A stretch of 64,000 bases of DNA from contig OZ176054.1 in the NCBI GenBank assembly GCA_964247055.1, positions 12,896,001 to 12,960,000 on the forward strand, given 5' to 3'. The notes below the pieces were generated by a model, which ran no database searches, was not told the origin of the DNA, and worked only from the letters and a program-made list of their open reading frames with translations. Position numbers and translations under genes: made by a program. The stretch comes from Paragordius varius (taxonomy: Eukaryota > Animalia > Nematomorpha). Of this stretch, positions 22,992 to 35,690 are shown piece after piece. Position 1 is the first letter of the stretch; every line of letters begins with the position of its first letter.

Positions 22992-25900
22992 TCAATCATT
23001 AAAGTTTTGCGGCCTAAAACAAATACATAAGTTTGTCATGAAGGGTGATGTGTTTGATTTACTTCGATTTTTTGACATTTTTATTGTTGTTTTCTCCAAA
23101 TTGATGTTTGAAGCCTTCTAGAGGGGTGTTAAATTTAACGCGTGATCCAATATTATCTTCCTGACTATAAAAAAGATTCAAAAAAATTCCTATAAAATTA
23201 GAGATCGGAACCGTCATGAACCAATACATGGTTTTTGGATTTTTAAATAAAGCTTTATTCTTTATTCAATATTTGTTTGGATTTTCAAATATAGCTTTAT
23301 TTTTTAAATTATGTCACATTGTATGTAGGGTATAAATTGAGATTATACGGACAAAAACGTAAAAAATATTATTTTTACAAAAGATCGCTGTTTTTAAACT
23401 TGATTTTTTTAATATAATCCATTGTTTGTATATTCAAAGTATGTAATAAAAATGTAAATTGGAAACAACAATTATGGATTTTAAAATTGTATATAAATAA
23501 TATATATAGAAAAATTAAGATTTACAAAAATTTGGTTTCTTTATAGTAAAAAGCCTGTCATTATAATTTTACGTTTTGTTTGTATCATTTTTGAATGTTA
23601 TTAGGCTATATATAAATCTAAATAACTGAACCATTTTTGGCAAAAAAACTATTCCAAATCCCATAAACAATCCCACTTTCCAATCCCAGAATAAAAATTA
23701 ATTAATAGTATTTAAATATTGAAATGACTTTAATGAGTTTTAATAAGAAAATTTTATTTTCCCTAAAAAATATTTAACTAAATGCAATATTACTAGTGTA
23801 TCATTTAGATCAAATAAGAGGTGAATTGCTAAATTTTGACTTATTGTCCATATAAAAAATAAGGATAAAGAGTTCAAATCATTATAAATGATTTCTATTT
23901 TCTCCATGCTCTTATTTTTCCAATATTCACGTCCATTTTTATCAATTTTAGTTAAAACAAATCCTTTTTACAAAATATAAGCATTTATAAATCTGTACCT
24001 TACAAGCTCATCACTTTTCATTGGATGGTAAGAGGGAAATCCTGATTCGAGTCCCCCCACACTCCGATCTAATACAACAGCCCTTGAAGTGAAATCTTCA
24101 AATCCGGATTCTTCTTTAGAGTGCATTTTCTGTTGCTGTTGTTGCCTTTTATTGGCAAAAAAATCCATGTAATTTTCGTCATGTCCAACCATATTGTTGT
24201 CTACATTATTCATGTTTTGGCCCATTAAATTTTTATTTACAGGTGTTACTGGCCATGCTAAATCACTCGATGCCGATTGACCTATTCGTTTTTCATCTAA
24301 ACCCTGTTTTTGTTTTATAATTTCAAATGAATATCTTACGAAAGGATATTTAAAAATTTTTACAGTTTGTTATTCAACAAATACTTTTTAGTTTAAAAAT
24401 CAGAGGTTTTTTGGCGGAAAGGCTAAGTAAATTGAAAATCAAAGAGGTAGAGATAGGTTACTAGTTAGAGATTGGATATATTAGTGTACCCTAGTTTACA
24501 GACTATTAAGTTGAGAGTTTTAATTTAAAAATAGAAAAAGATATATTCAAAGGGCTTCGAACCGGAACCATATGAAACCAGAACTGAATTCTTTAGTTTT
24601 CGACAAACGGTTCGTTAGGTTCAGGAACCACCCCGGTTTCCTATTTAAATTCGTTCTAGTTCCACTATTTTGAACGGGTTTTAAGCCTTGATTAAAGAAA
24701 TTTTTAGCTTACCACATTTTGCATATCCGGTTTCACATCATCGGCATAGTAATAGGCGGCAGAAGAAATGTTTGATGGTTTTGGTTCCATATTGGTTGTC
24801 GATATTTCTGGCGAGGGTGGCAACTTACCACTCCAATCAAAATGTAATCATATTCCCAACCATAATTTTGCAATAATGTTTCAAATAACTGTTTGAGATA
24901 GGCATAATCTGGCGTTTCGACAAAATCAAGGCCTCTGGCATACCGAACCAAAATTTTGAATTCTTCGGGCAAACCCGAACATAGAGTATCCGGATCAATA
25001 TCCCTTTTCATTTCAGCAATCTTACGGTACTTTTGTTTGGAGGATTCGGTTTTGATCAATTTTAAGCCTGGACTTGTGGATATTGCATCAAAAATATATT
25101 ATAGATTTTGGATAAATTTTACAGTAAAAATTAAAATTATACGGACAAAACCCAAAAATATAAAGACAAATATATTTTTTAAAAGACAGCCAGCCACTTT
25201 TTTTAATCTTGATTTAGTAAATTTTTAATAATTGTTAAAGATTGCAAAGTATGATATACAAATATATATTTATAACACAATTAATTACATTTTTCAAATT
25301 TTATATATAAATAATTTATAAAATTTATAGATTTATAAAAGAATGGTTGTCTTTTAAAAAAATATTTTTGCCTTTATATTTTTACATTTGTCCTTATAAT
25401 TTTAGTTTTTATTGTACATGAATAAATATTTACCTTGCCAAGGCAATGAACCCTTTAGAAAATATAGGAACATGTAGGCAAGTCCTTCAAGATCATCCCT
25501 TCGACTCTGTTCTATTCCAAAATGCGTGTTAACGGACATATATCGGGCAGTACCAGTCAAGGGTTTCTGTTCACGGTACTTTATGTGTTTACCTGATATA
25601 TGATTAGAGTTGACAATTAAAATGAAATTACACAGACAAAAACGTAAAAATATAAGGACAAATTTATATTTCAAAAGACAACCATACTTTTTTAAACCGT
25701 ATTTTTTCCTACAAAAACTATTATTAAAACAGTAAAATATATAAAGGATTGTTACCAATTATCATATTTATTTCAGACTTTGTGGTTTGAAACAATAAGT
25801 TATATTCGAAAAAATCAAGGTTTAAAAAGCTTGGTTATTTTTTAAAATTACATTTTGGTCCGCAAACTTATTTCATTCTTACTGTAAATTTTGTATAAAT

Positions 25901-26927
25901 GTATACCATTTTTATCGATGTATTCTTTGGCTAATCCAAAATCAACGACCCATATAATTCCTTCAGTACCGTTAGCCCGTTTCCCAATCAAAAAATTTTC
26001 GGGCTTCACATCCCGATAAACTAACCCATAGTAATGTATAAATTCGATTCGATTTATCAATTGTATAGCAATCATAATCACCGTTTTAAGGCTAAACTGT
26101 TTATTGCAGTACAGAAATAGGTCTTGCAGACTGGGTCCTAACAAGTCCATCACCATAACGCGATAGGAACCACAGTGACCAAAATAATATACGCGGGGTA
26201 TACCTTCGGCATATATCCCATACCTAAAATTAGAAATTATTAAGAAAACACAATCGTCTAAATTACAGTAAAAATTGTTAGAAAATCGACGATTATTGAA
26301 AACAGACTACCAACCGCCATACTTTTCCTTAGTTTTTATAACTTATAGTTTTGGGCAGTGAAATTTGGAATATAAATCTAAATTAGTAACACTCTCAATT
26401 ATATATGAAAATCTTAATAATTAAACTGTATAGCAAATACTAAGGCTTAAAACATATGTCTGTCTTTACAAAAAATATTTTTCTTTACGCTTAGTCACCT
26501 ATTTTATTTATAGTGTGAATATAAAATCCAAAATTTCAATTCTTACTGCAATTTATTACTAACGTTAATACCTTTCATCCTGGTGCAGTCGACTATACAA
26601 TTCATATTCCCGTTTTAGTTGAGGGATTTCAGCATTTCCCGCCTCAATCTTTATGGCAGCTAAAGTGTTTGTGGCTATATGAATACAATATCGCAATTTA
26701 CCGAACGTACCCGAACCAATGTGCTGAGCTATTTGATATAAATTTGGGTTATTTTTTTTATTTGTGGTTCCGTTTGATTTGGAAAAACGATCAACACCAA
26801 CTATACGACCCTGTAATTTGTCTTTTCCGCCACCATGGTGAGTTTCCGAGGAATTTATATTTACGCTATTATTGGAATGTTTAACTCCTATGTTATAGTA
26901 AGGATCTTCGGTTTTCCCGGGACTCAT
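22992..26927 (-). pseudogene. CSNK1G: Casein kinase 1 gamma-like, copy C; kinase domain open, C-terminal tail lost
   Basis: Exons 26927-26572, 26223-25907, 25592-25434, 25067-24713, 24303-23999, 23164-22992. LTGTARY intact. 1-nt deletion at ~24842 (TAC ATG TTT>TACATTTT) shifts frame to a stop at 24733; a second lesion gives TAA in exon 6 before LCICF. Confidence 0.82.
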
Positions 26928-29883
26928 GATTTGAAATTCTAATTACATATTAGGGTTCAAGATGAATCTTGTTTGAAGGTATTTCATTTTTTTCGAAACT
27001 TAAAGCCGGGACCCGAAAAAAAGTTTTTTTGTTAAATAAAATTTTATAAATTATAATATTACAAATAAAAATCACACTAATATCAGTTATAGTAAAAAAG
27101 AAATCATTTAATATAATGCTATGCCGCAGTTTTAACAATCACGTAAATTTGATTTTGTGGCATATTTTTATTATGTATATTATTTTCTTATATTTATTTT
27201 GGATATGATATTTTCACTTATTGCGTATCTTTATATTCATAAAAATTGATCATATAGGTAGACCTTAACCTTCTTATATTTATTTATCAATAAATATAAT
27301 AGTTACTTTTTCATTTGTGTAATGTATCAAAAAAATAAGTATATATACAACAATATATTTTGGGTAATTCGTATTCTTTTGAGAATTATGGTTTGATTTG
27401 AAATTCAAGAAAAAATGGCGATTGAATACCAGATTTAAACTTTAGTGCTATAAATATTAATCAGTTATAATCGGCCTCATAAATATTTGAAAAATTTTGA
27501 TATGATAATGTATCATGATTATGGCGCTTTTAGTTTGGTTACGAGTTATTTAACAGAGTGTATGATTTTTTTCATACCCAAAATTAAAAATCGAAAATTT
27601 CACACAAATTATATTATCCACTTATTGGAATGGAAGTAGGAAAAATTGGAGGTTCTACAATCACAAAAGAGCTATGATGGCCTGGTATAAGTTTTGTTGT
27701 ATAATTAAATAAAATATTTTATATTACTTTGCCGTGAAAATAATTTAGCAATAGAAATTAAACTCGGCATATATGGGTAGCATGTGAGAGAACTTTACAT
27801 CATTTACATTTTTTTCATACACTTTAACATCGCTATTGTATATTCGTTTCTATTCTTTACAAAAATAATAAATAATCCTTTTACAATGTGAGTAAGAACA
27901 ACGAAAAAAGTGATACTTGCCTAACATTTTTATTTCGTGCCTCAAAATGCGAAACATGAAATGAAGTTTTAAAAGAGAGGTGTGGTTTCAAAAAAAATTT
28001 TTTAACCTTATTTGATTACTAATGTTAATAGGTGATAAGTTATATAATAAATTTCCGTGTAATTATTTTATCACGACATTATATAATGGTTAATCACTAG
28101 GAGTTGGGTGGATCCCAGCGCAAACCGTTAAAGATCAAATTAAAATTTGAAAAAGAAAAAGAGTGATATATTTTATTTATCCCTGTTTGAAGCCCACAAG
28201 GAATTTTTAACCATATAAAAGGAGTGGATAATATAAGTTATTAAATGAGAAAATTTCAAACGATTCGGACATGATAGCTTTCGATTAATTCCCAATAGGG
28301 TTAAATTTTTCCAAGGCAGTTTCTATCTAAAAGGTCAAATTATATTAGAAAATCATAATATTTATAAGCGATCTACATTTACACAACTCTTAATCATAAA
28401 ACTTAACAAGTCCCATTTAATTTTAACAGTAACACACAAACCGAGGCCCGTGAGCGGCATACGGCCCTAAAACTGCTTTTTATGGCTTGAATTATTTTTT
28501 TTGCATCTATAAATGTCTACAAATATGTCAAGCAGCTATAAAATTTATCGGTATTAATATACAGTAAGCTGCCTTTGAGTCAAGATGAATATTTTTTTCG
28601 GCCCTCTAAATTATTTGGTGATTTCACTGATTTAGTATTTATCCGATGAAATATTGTTATATATATTTCAAACTTAAAACAAAAATCATCAATCATTATT
28701 AATATATCCGACTGAATATATCAATTATAGATGGTAAATTGCTAATCAAGGGATTATATTATTATTCATTTTCATAATAAATATGACCTTTAACATATTA
28801 TCCATATGGTTATTTATTTAAAATAAAATTTAAATTAAAACTTTTTTTACAATTTTTCATGAGAAAATGGCCGAATATTTAAAATTTATTAGTGCCGGGA
28901 TTCCATTAAATCATCTTCCTCCTCCATATAATGAAAAATCCATATCAGCTGATATTCTCCGAGCCCCTTTTCGAAACAATGGGCTAACAAAACGAGAAAA
29001 AACGGTTAGAATTTTATTTTGGACTAAATTTTGGAATTTAGAATTTGTTTTATCATTATTAAGTAAATTTAATTATTTGATTGAGATTATAATGGATTTT
29101 TTAAGAAAACCAATTTAAAAAACATTTATTCCAGAATCCTGCCATAGCATCTCTTCAAAGAATATATATAAATTTGAAAATATTTGTGACTTTTTTGACG
29201 GAATTTATATTTGATGGTAAAATCTTCCTCTTAATTTTTGCCTTTATTTTTTTCATTAAAAACATGAAAACAATGTTATATTGCATAAATCGCCGACTAG
29301 CATTTTTCATTCCGATTCCAAAGAATTTTTTAACAACGGACAAAATTTAGTTTGTTAAATGATTGTGAGTCATTTTCTATTTTACAATAAAACAAATAAA
29401 ATTAATACAATGCGCTGAAGCCATTTAATTTAGTCATAATGAATATTTATTGTAATAGATAGTATGCAAACATATATATTGCTAATCTGGAGATATAATT
29501 TGTGCTATTAATTTTTTTTAATTTAGCAGCTTTTTGTCTGACGGTCCGCATTACAACAAACATTCAAAAGCTTTAACTTTATTGATTTTTAGAACCTTGT
29601 TGTTGATAAATTATGTGGGCCAGGTATAAAAGTTTTAATTTTACTGACCCTTGATTCGGTTAGTGTGACATATTTCCTACCCCTCAAATAAAAATTAAGC
29701 ATATCCGATTGCAGAAAATATTTTAATACTAGACAAAATTTAGTGTGTTGTCAAATGATTGTGGGTCATTTCCATTTCATTATAATACAAATAAAATTAA
29801 TACAATGAAAGTCATATAATTTGGTTATAATGAATATTGATTGCAATTGATAGTATGCAAACATATATATATATATATATATA

Positions 29884-30772
29884 TCTATATATTTATAAAA
29901 ATGGAAAATGCTGGCTTTGTGATCTGGTACAGAAAAACCGGTAGACCCAATCGAATCCAAAACTCGAAAAAATTTAATCATTAATGAATGCCCCGACAAT
30001 AGCTTCGCCCTTTTTTTGAAATAGGCCCCCAGTTCGGGCCCACCCGGTGTGAAAAACGGGTTGAGACAATTTTCCGGAGAACGTGTTGGACCATTCAATT
30101 TCAAATATAATTTTTGTTTATTTTCGATTGCGCCGAACATAGTCGAGTCACTTTTTTAATTTAGGCCCTCTTTTTACCCGCTCCCCCCGTAAAATGCCAT
30201 TTTTTTCAAAAAACAAAGTCCACAAAAATAATTTTTTAAATCGATTTTTTGCCCAAGGTATGAGACCGTAAAAATTCAATATGGATTCCACGTATTCCCT
30301 GTTAAAAGGCAAAAATTTTAGTTTACCGTTTATTTGATGATAGCTGCTGGGTAAGGGGCTACCCGCTAAAAACTGATTTTTCATATAACTTTGTGATCTG
30401 TTTCCGGAAAACCGGTGAACCCAATCAAATCCAAATATCGAAAAAATATAATCATTAATAAATGTCCCGACAATAGCTTCGCCCTTTTTTGGAATAGGCC
30501 CCCATTTCGGGTCCACCCCGTGTGAAAAACGGGTTTTTTTTGAAAACAGAAGTCTACAAAAATCGTGTTTTTGAGACAATTTTCCGGAGAACGTGTTGGA
30601 CCATTCAATTTCAAATATTTTTTGTTTACTTATTTTCGGTTGTGCCGAACATAGTCGTCTCGCTTTTTTAATTTAGTCCCACTTTTTACCCGCTCCCCCC
30701 GTAAAATGCCATTCCCCCCCAGAAGTCCGAAGGACTTCCTCGGGCTGCGTAGCAGCACGAGATTTACGCTAG
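29884..30772 (+). mobile_element. Non-autonomous Helitron (~890 bp) with an internal tandem repeat
   Basis: 5' TCTATATATTTATAAAAATG; 3' hairpins gaagtcc-gaa-ggacttc and ctcg.gctgc-gta-gcagc.cgag followed by CTAG; inserted A|T within (TA)n; internal ~290-320 bp block repeated at ~29917-30200 and ~30388-30712; absent from the paralogues. Confidence 0.82.
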
Positions 30773-31755
30773 TATATATATATATATATATTATTGCTAA
30801 TTTGGAGATAAATTTGTGCAATTAATTAGCTTTTTTAAATAAGCTTCTGTTTGACTGATGGCCCGCATTACAACAAACACTCAAAAGCTTTAAATTTATT
30901 ATTTTATAATACCTTGTTGTTGATAAATTATGTGGGCCACGTATGAAAGAATAATTTTGCTGACCCTTGATTCGGTTAGTGTGACTTATTTACTACCCCT
31001 CAAATAATAATTACGCATTTATATACACAAAATATCGGATATACCCAATTCAAAATTAAAATAAAATAATATGCACCAACGATACTAAAATGCTATGTGA
31101 ACATATTTTTTGATGGACAAATTTAAGAAAATGTTTTTTTCATTTATATCAATTCGGCCTTGAATAAAGCGCAAACAAATTACTTTTATCCCTAACCTTT
31201 TATTTTTCCAAACTGATAATATCATTTTATTATTACATATAGTTGGCAGTTAAAAATGTTCTACGATATTTTCCCGTTTCTTTCCATGAGACGCTTGCCC
31301 CTGAATTTATGGAAGAACTTGAAAACAGAGGCCATATATACGCTTATCGATTTAAACCTCAGATTAGAATGAAGTTTCATATATATTCCTATACTTAAAA
31401 CAAATTAGATTTTATTATATAATTTATATATAGTTTTCGTAATATCGTTTAGTAAAAAAAATTAAAAAATTACAGTAAAAATTATTGAAATTATACGTAC
31501 AAAACGTAAAAATATAAAGACAAATTTTTTTTCTAAAAGACAACCATACTTTTTAAAACCTTAATATTTCCCATATAAGCTACTTAGTTACAATTTTAAA
31601 ATATAGAATTGATTGCGTTATTAAAATAATGAGTTATGTTGAAATAAATCCAGATTTATAAAGTATGGTTGTCTTTTGTGGAAAAAAATATTTGTCTTTA
31701 TATTTTTACGTTTTGTCCTCCCGTATAATTTCAATTTTTACTGTATTTGTAGTTC

Positions 31756-31800
<45 letters not shown>

Positions 31801-34363
31801 AGAGCATATCCCATTCAAGAATACCCAGGAAAATTGTTGGAATGCAAAGCTATAATGGCAATGATAATGAACAATTTGGATCCTGATGTGGCTCAGTTCC
31901 CTGAAGAGTTGGTAACCTATGGGTCCAACGGTCAAGTTTTTAGTAATTGGATTCAAGTATTTGAACAATTTATGAACATATTTTCCAACTATTTTGTACC
32001 ACATTTTGCAATTTTAAGCACCATTTTTAACAAACACACTGTGTATTCTACTAATTCTAAATTAAAAAAAGCAATTTTTTGTTGGTAATAATGTAGGCAA
32101 GGAACGTATTAATGTTTTTCTCAATTATTTTAAATCATAATTTATATGTTAAAAAAGGAAGAAATTCTTAAACTAATATAAACTATCAACAAATTTTTTT
32201 CGATTATCCATACACTATGAAAAAATCCGTAAATAATATAGGATGAATGATATTACAGTAAAAATTGAAATTATACGGACAAAATGTTAAACATAAAGAC
32301 ACATTTTTTCAAAAGACAACTATCCTTTTTAAATCATAATATATCCTATAAAAAACATTTGATTACAATCGTAAAATACATAATTGATTATGTTACCAAT
32401 TGACATATCTATACTATACTTTGTAGTTTAAAAAAAAATCAAGATTAAAAAAGTATAGTTATTTTTTTAAAAATAAATATATGTCTTTATGTTCGAGTTT
32501 TGTCCATAATATAATTTCAATTACTGTATATACAAATGCTAAATTTCATTTTTCCACAGTTCTTATTAACCATGAAATATTTGTGTGAAATGGAGAATTA
32601 TCAAACTTTAGTGCTATGTTCAGGACATCCGCACGGTTTATTCCCAAACATTTGGAATTATGGCACATGTGAAAAAACGGGAAACTTAGGTAATAAACTC
32701 TTTTATAAAATTGATAAAAATTTATTTTTTTGATCATTTGAAAATTGCATACGTACTATTTTTAATTAAAGAAATACAGCCAAGTTATCCGCGTTTGATT
32801 ATTACAAACGGCCTAGTTTTACCAACATGTCAGGAACCAGAAAAGCAGCTTGATAGAGCCTACGTTTCAGATTACGAGCGATTATTTGGTTTGAATGTTA
32901 GTCAATATGGACAAATGACAGCAGGGAGTTTTTGTTACATTGGACCTCAGGGTATAGTCCATGGCACAACTCTAACTTTGCTTAATATAGCTCGAGCAAA
33001 TTTTGCTGTCCAGAATGTGTCTGATATGGTGGGTAAGGTAACAACACATAATACTACAATATGGATACCTGTAAATTAGTTTTAAGTGTGGGTATTGGAG
33101 CCGGAATTATTTTGGGGGTGTTTAAGAGAAATATTTTACAAACGGTTGCAAAAGAAAAAGTTTTTTCGTATTTTTATCGTTAAATTTTTTAACTTACTAT
33201 GAATATTCTTAGTATTTCATTCAATTAGCAAGAGTATATTATTGTGGATTTAATAGAGAAGCAAATATTTTGGCTTAAATTATACAGTAAAAATTGGAAT
33301 TATACGGACAAAATATAAAAATATAAAGATAAATATTTTTTTCTAAAAGAAACTATACCTTTTTAAACTCCATTTTTAAAAATATAACTCATTGTTTCAA
33401 ATTATTCATTATAATATGTAATTGGTGACACAATCAATTCTATATATAACAATCGTAATTAAATATCTTATATGAGGAAAATTAAGGTTTGAAAAAGTAT
33501 GCCTGTCTTTTAGGAAAAAATATTTGTCGTTATATTTTTACATTTTGTCCTATAATTTTAGTTTTTACTGTATTTTTGCAGCTATTATTCAGATATCTAT
33601 TAAAAAGTTGTCGAAAAACAGAAACGGTTTAAATATAATTTTAAAAATCGAAACCATTTATAACCATGGCCAAAATATATTTAGTCTAAGGGACAAATCT
33701 AATTAAAACTAGCGCAAAAAACAGTCAAATCCTTATATATTTTTTAATTTGTAATAAAATATGAAAAAATCTTTAGGTATTTGTATCAAGTGGATTGGGA
33801 GGAATGAGTGGAGCACAAGCTAAGGCTTGCAAAATCTTGTCATGTTTCGGGCTTATTGCTGAAGTAAATTTTATTCCCACTTAAAAATATATATATTTAT
33901 ATATCATGATAAGTTAACTTACCAAAATTTTAGTCATTTAGTAGATGTTGTACGACTCTTGAGGTAAAATTTATTTTATTAACAATATTGTGATTAGATT
34001 AATAGTGTGACAGCGCAAAAAAGATTGAATCAAGGATGGTTGGATGAAGTTAGCGATGACTTGGATTACTGTATTAACCAAATACGCCAGTATAAACGGG
34101 ATCTTATTAGCAAATCTATAGCATATTGTGGAAACATTGTGGATCTCTGGTAAAACTTAATTTTTACAATACTAATATCAGTTGGGTATAATTTATTATA
34201 ACACAATAATGGGAAAACACAGTAATGCAATGGACTTAAAGAAGTTGTTGTTTATATAGGTTATATTTAATTCCGAGAAATGTATACGGATCTTATTATA
34301 TATTTTTATCGTGCATTAACATATACAAATTTCTGAGAATGATGAGTGTGCATTTATAAAACA

Positions 34364-34409
34364 GTCACGTAGTCTAAAACTTGTCACGTAGTATATAACA
34401 TGTCACGTA
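34364..34409 (-). promoter_or_regulatory. Three tandem TACGTGAC motifs in the LTR U3 region (same at 38563-38608)
   Basis: gtcacgta at 34364, 34383 and 34402 (19-nt spacing); enhancer role inferred only from position. Confidence 0.5.
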
Positions 34410-34506
34410 AAATATTAATAACAGAAAAGTATTATAAGTATGCATTGAATAGCAACGTAATATATAAAATAGAGTTATGTTTTGTTGCATATTATATAAC
34501 ATCATA

Positions 34507-35690
34507 TCATATCTCCCACCTTAAATAAGAAAGACGATCCGGAGCTTTTCGTTCCCGGCGAGGATAACGGCTTTGTACTTCTGTCAAGTTACACTCCGAC
34601 TCCACAGCTTCCGTAACTGGGATCTCTGGTACAATGTCAAGGGCGGGTTGTGACACAACAGACTTCTGTAGCTGATCGGCGTGTTTTCGCTGAATTTTGC
34701 TACCGTCATCAGTCAATAATCCTGTTCTTTCAATTACTTTTCCTTTCCGCCACCCCTCTGCTGTTTCATTTTTAATCAGAATAGCATCATCAACGTCAAA
34801 TTCTCGTAAGGGGGCTCTAGTATTATCCGTAAAATCTGATGGTATTGTCTTTAACCATGACAAGGGACCTAACAATTCTCTTTTTAGGAATAATGAGCAC
34901 GGTGTTGCTCTCGTTGCACTATGAATTGCTTGCCGATAGCTCCACAAAATGGTATTTATTGTTTCTTGCGGAGAGATGTCAGCCCTATTCGTAGCTTTAT
35001 ATTTAGTTTTCAATGTGTAAATAGATCTTTCTACCAACCCATTCGTTCGTGGGTGATACGGACTCGACGTAACATGTTTGATGTTTAAGTGTTTAAGCCT
35101 TTCATCAAAATCGTGCGATACAAAATACGATGCATTATCACTTACTATCATTTTAGGAAAACCATATCTCGCAAACAATTGTTCTAAGCAATTTAAAACA
35201 GACCTGCTCGTAACTTGTTTCAATAAATTAACTTCCAGCCATCTGGACGAGCTGTCAATTGTTACCAGCCAGTAGAAATTATCAATGGGACCAGCAATAT
35301 CTATGTGTATTCTTTTCCAGACGGCGGTGTTGAAATTCCATTTGTATGTTGGGTTTTCCTGGACATTGGGCTTGTATCTTTGACATGAGTCACATGTCTT
35401 CGCAAGCAATTCAATACTTTGGTCCAAGTCTGGCCAATATACACTGTGGCGCGCAAGGGACTTCATGGTACTTATCCCTGGGTGTCCAGTGTGAAGGTAG
35501 TTTAGGACTTCATTTTGCATGGATCTAGGAACAATGAGTCTATCCTTCAAATAAACTAAACCATACGATGCTTGGATCGCGTTGCGATGTGATTGATAAT
35601 TTTTTAGATCTGGATCATCCCAATTGTTGGAATTTAATGCAATTTTTAATTTTTTTATCACCGGGTCCTTATTGGACTGAACTAATACAT
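34507..35690 (-). CDS. Gypsy integrase, in a shifted frame relative to the upstream polyprotein
   Basis: HHCC (LHTGH...CDSC) and DDE (HIDIAGP, VSDNA, NGLVERS); the frame changes around aataaaataatg (~35685-35700); the stop codon is the first TGA of the 3' LTR. Confidence 0.93.
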
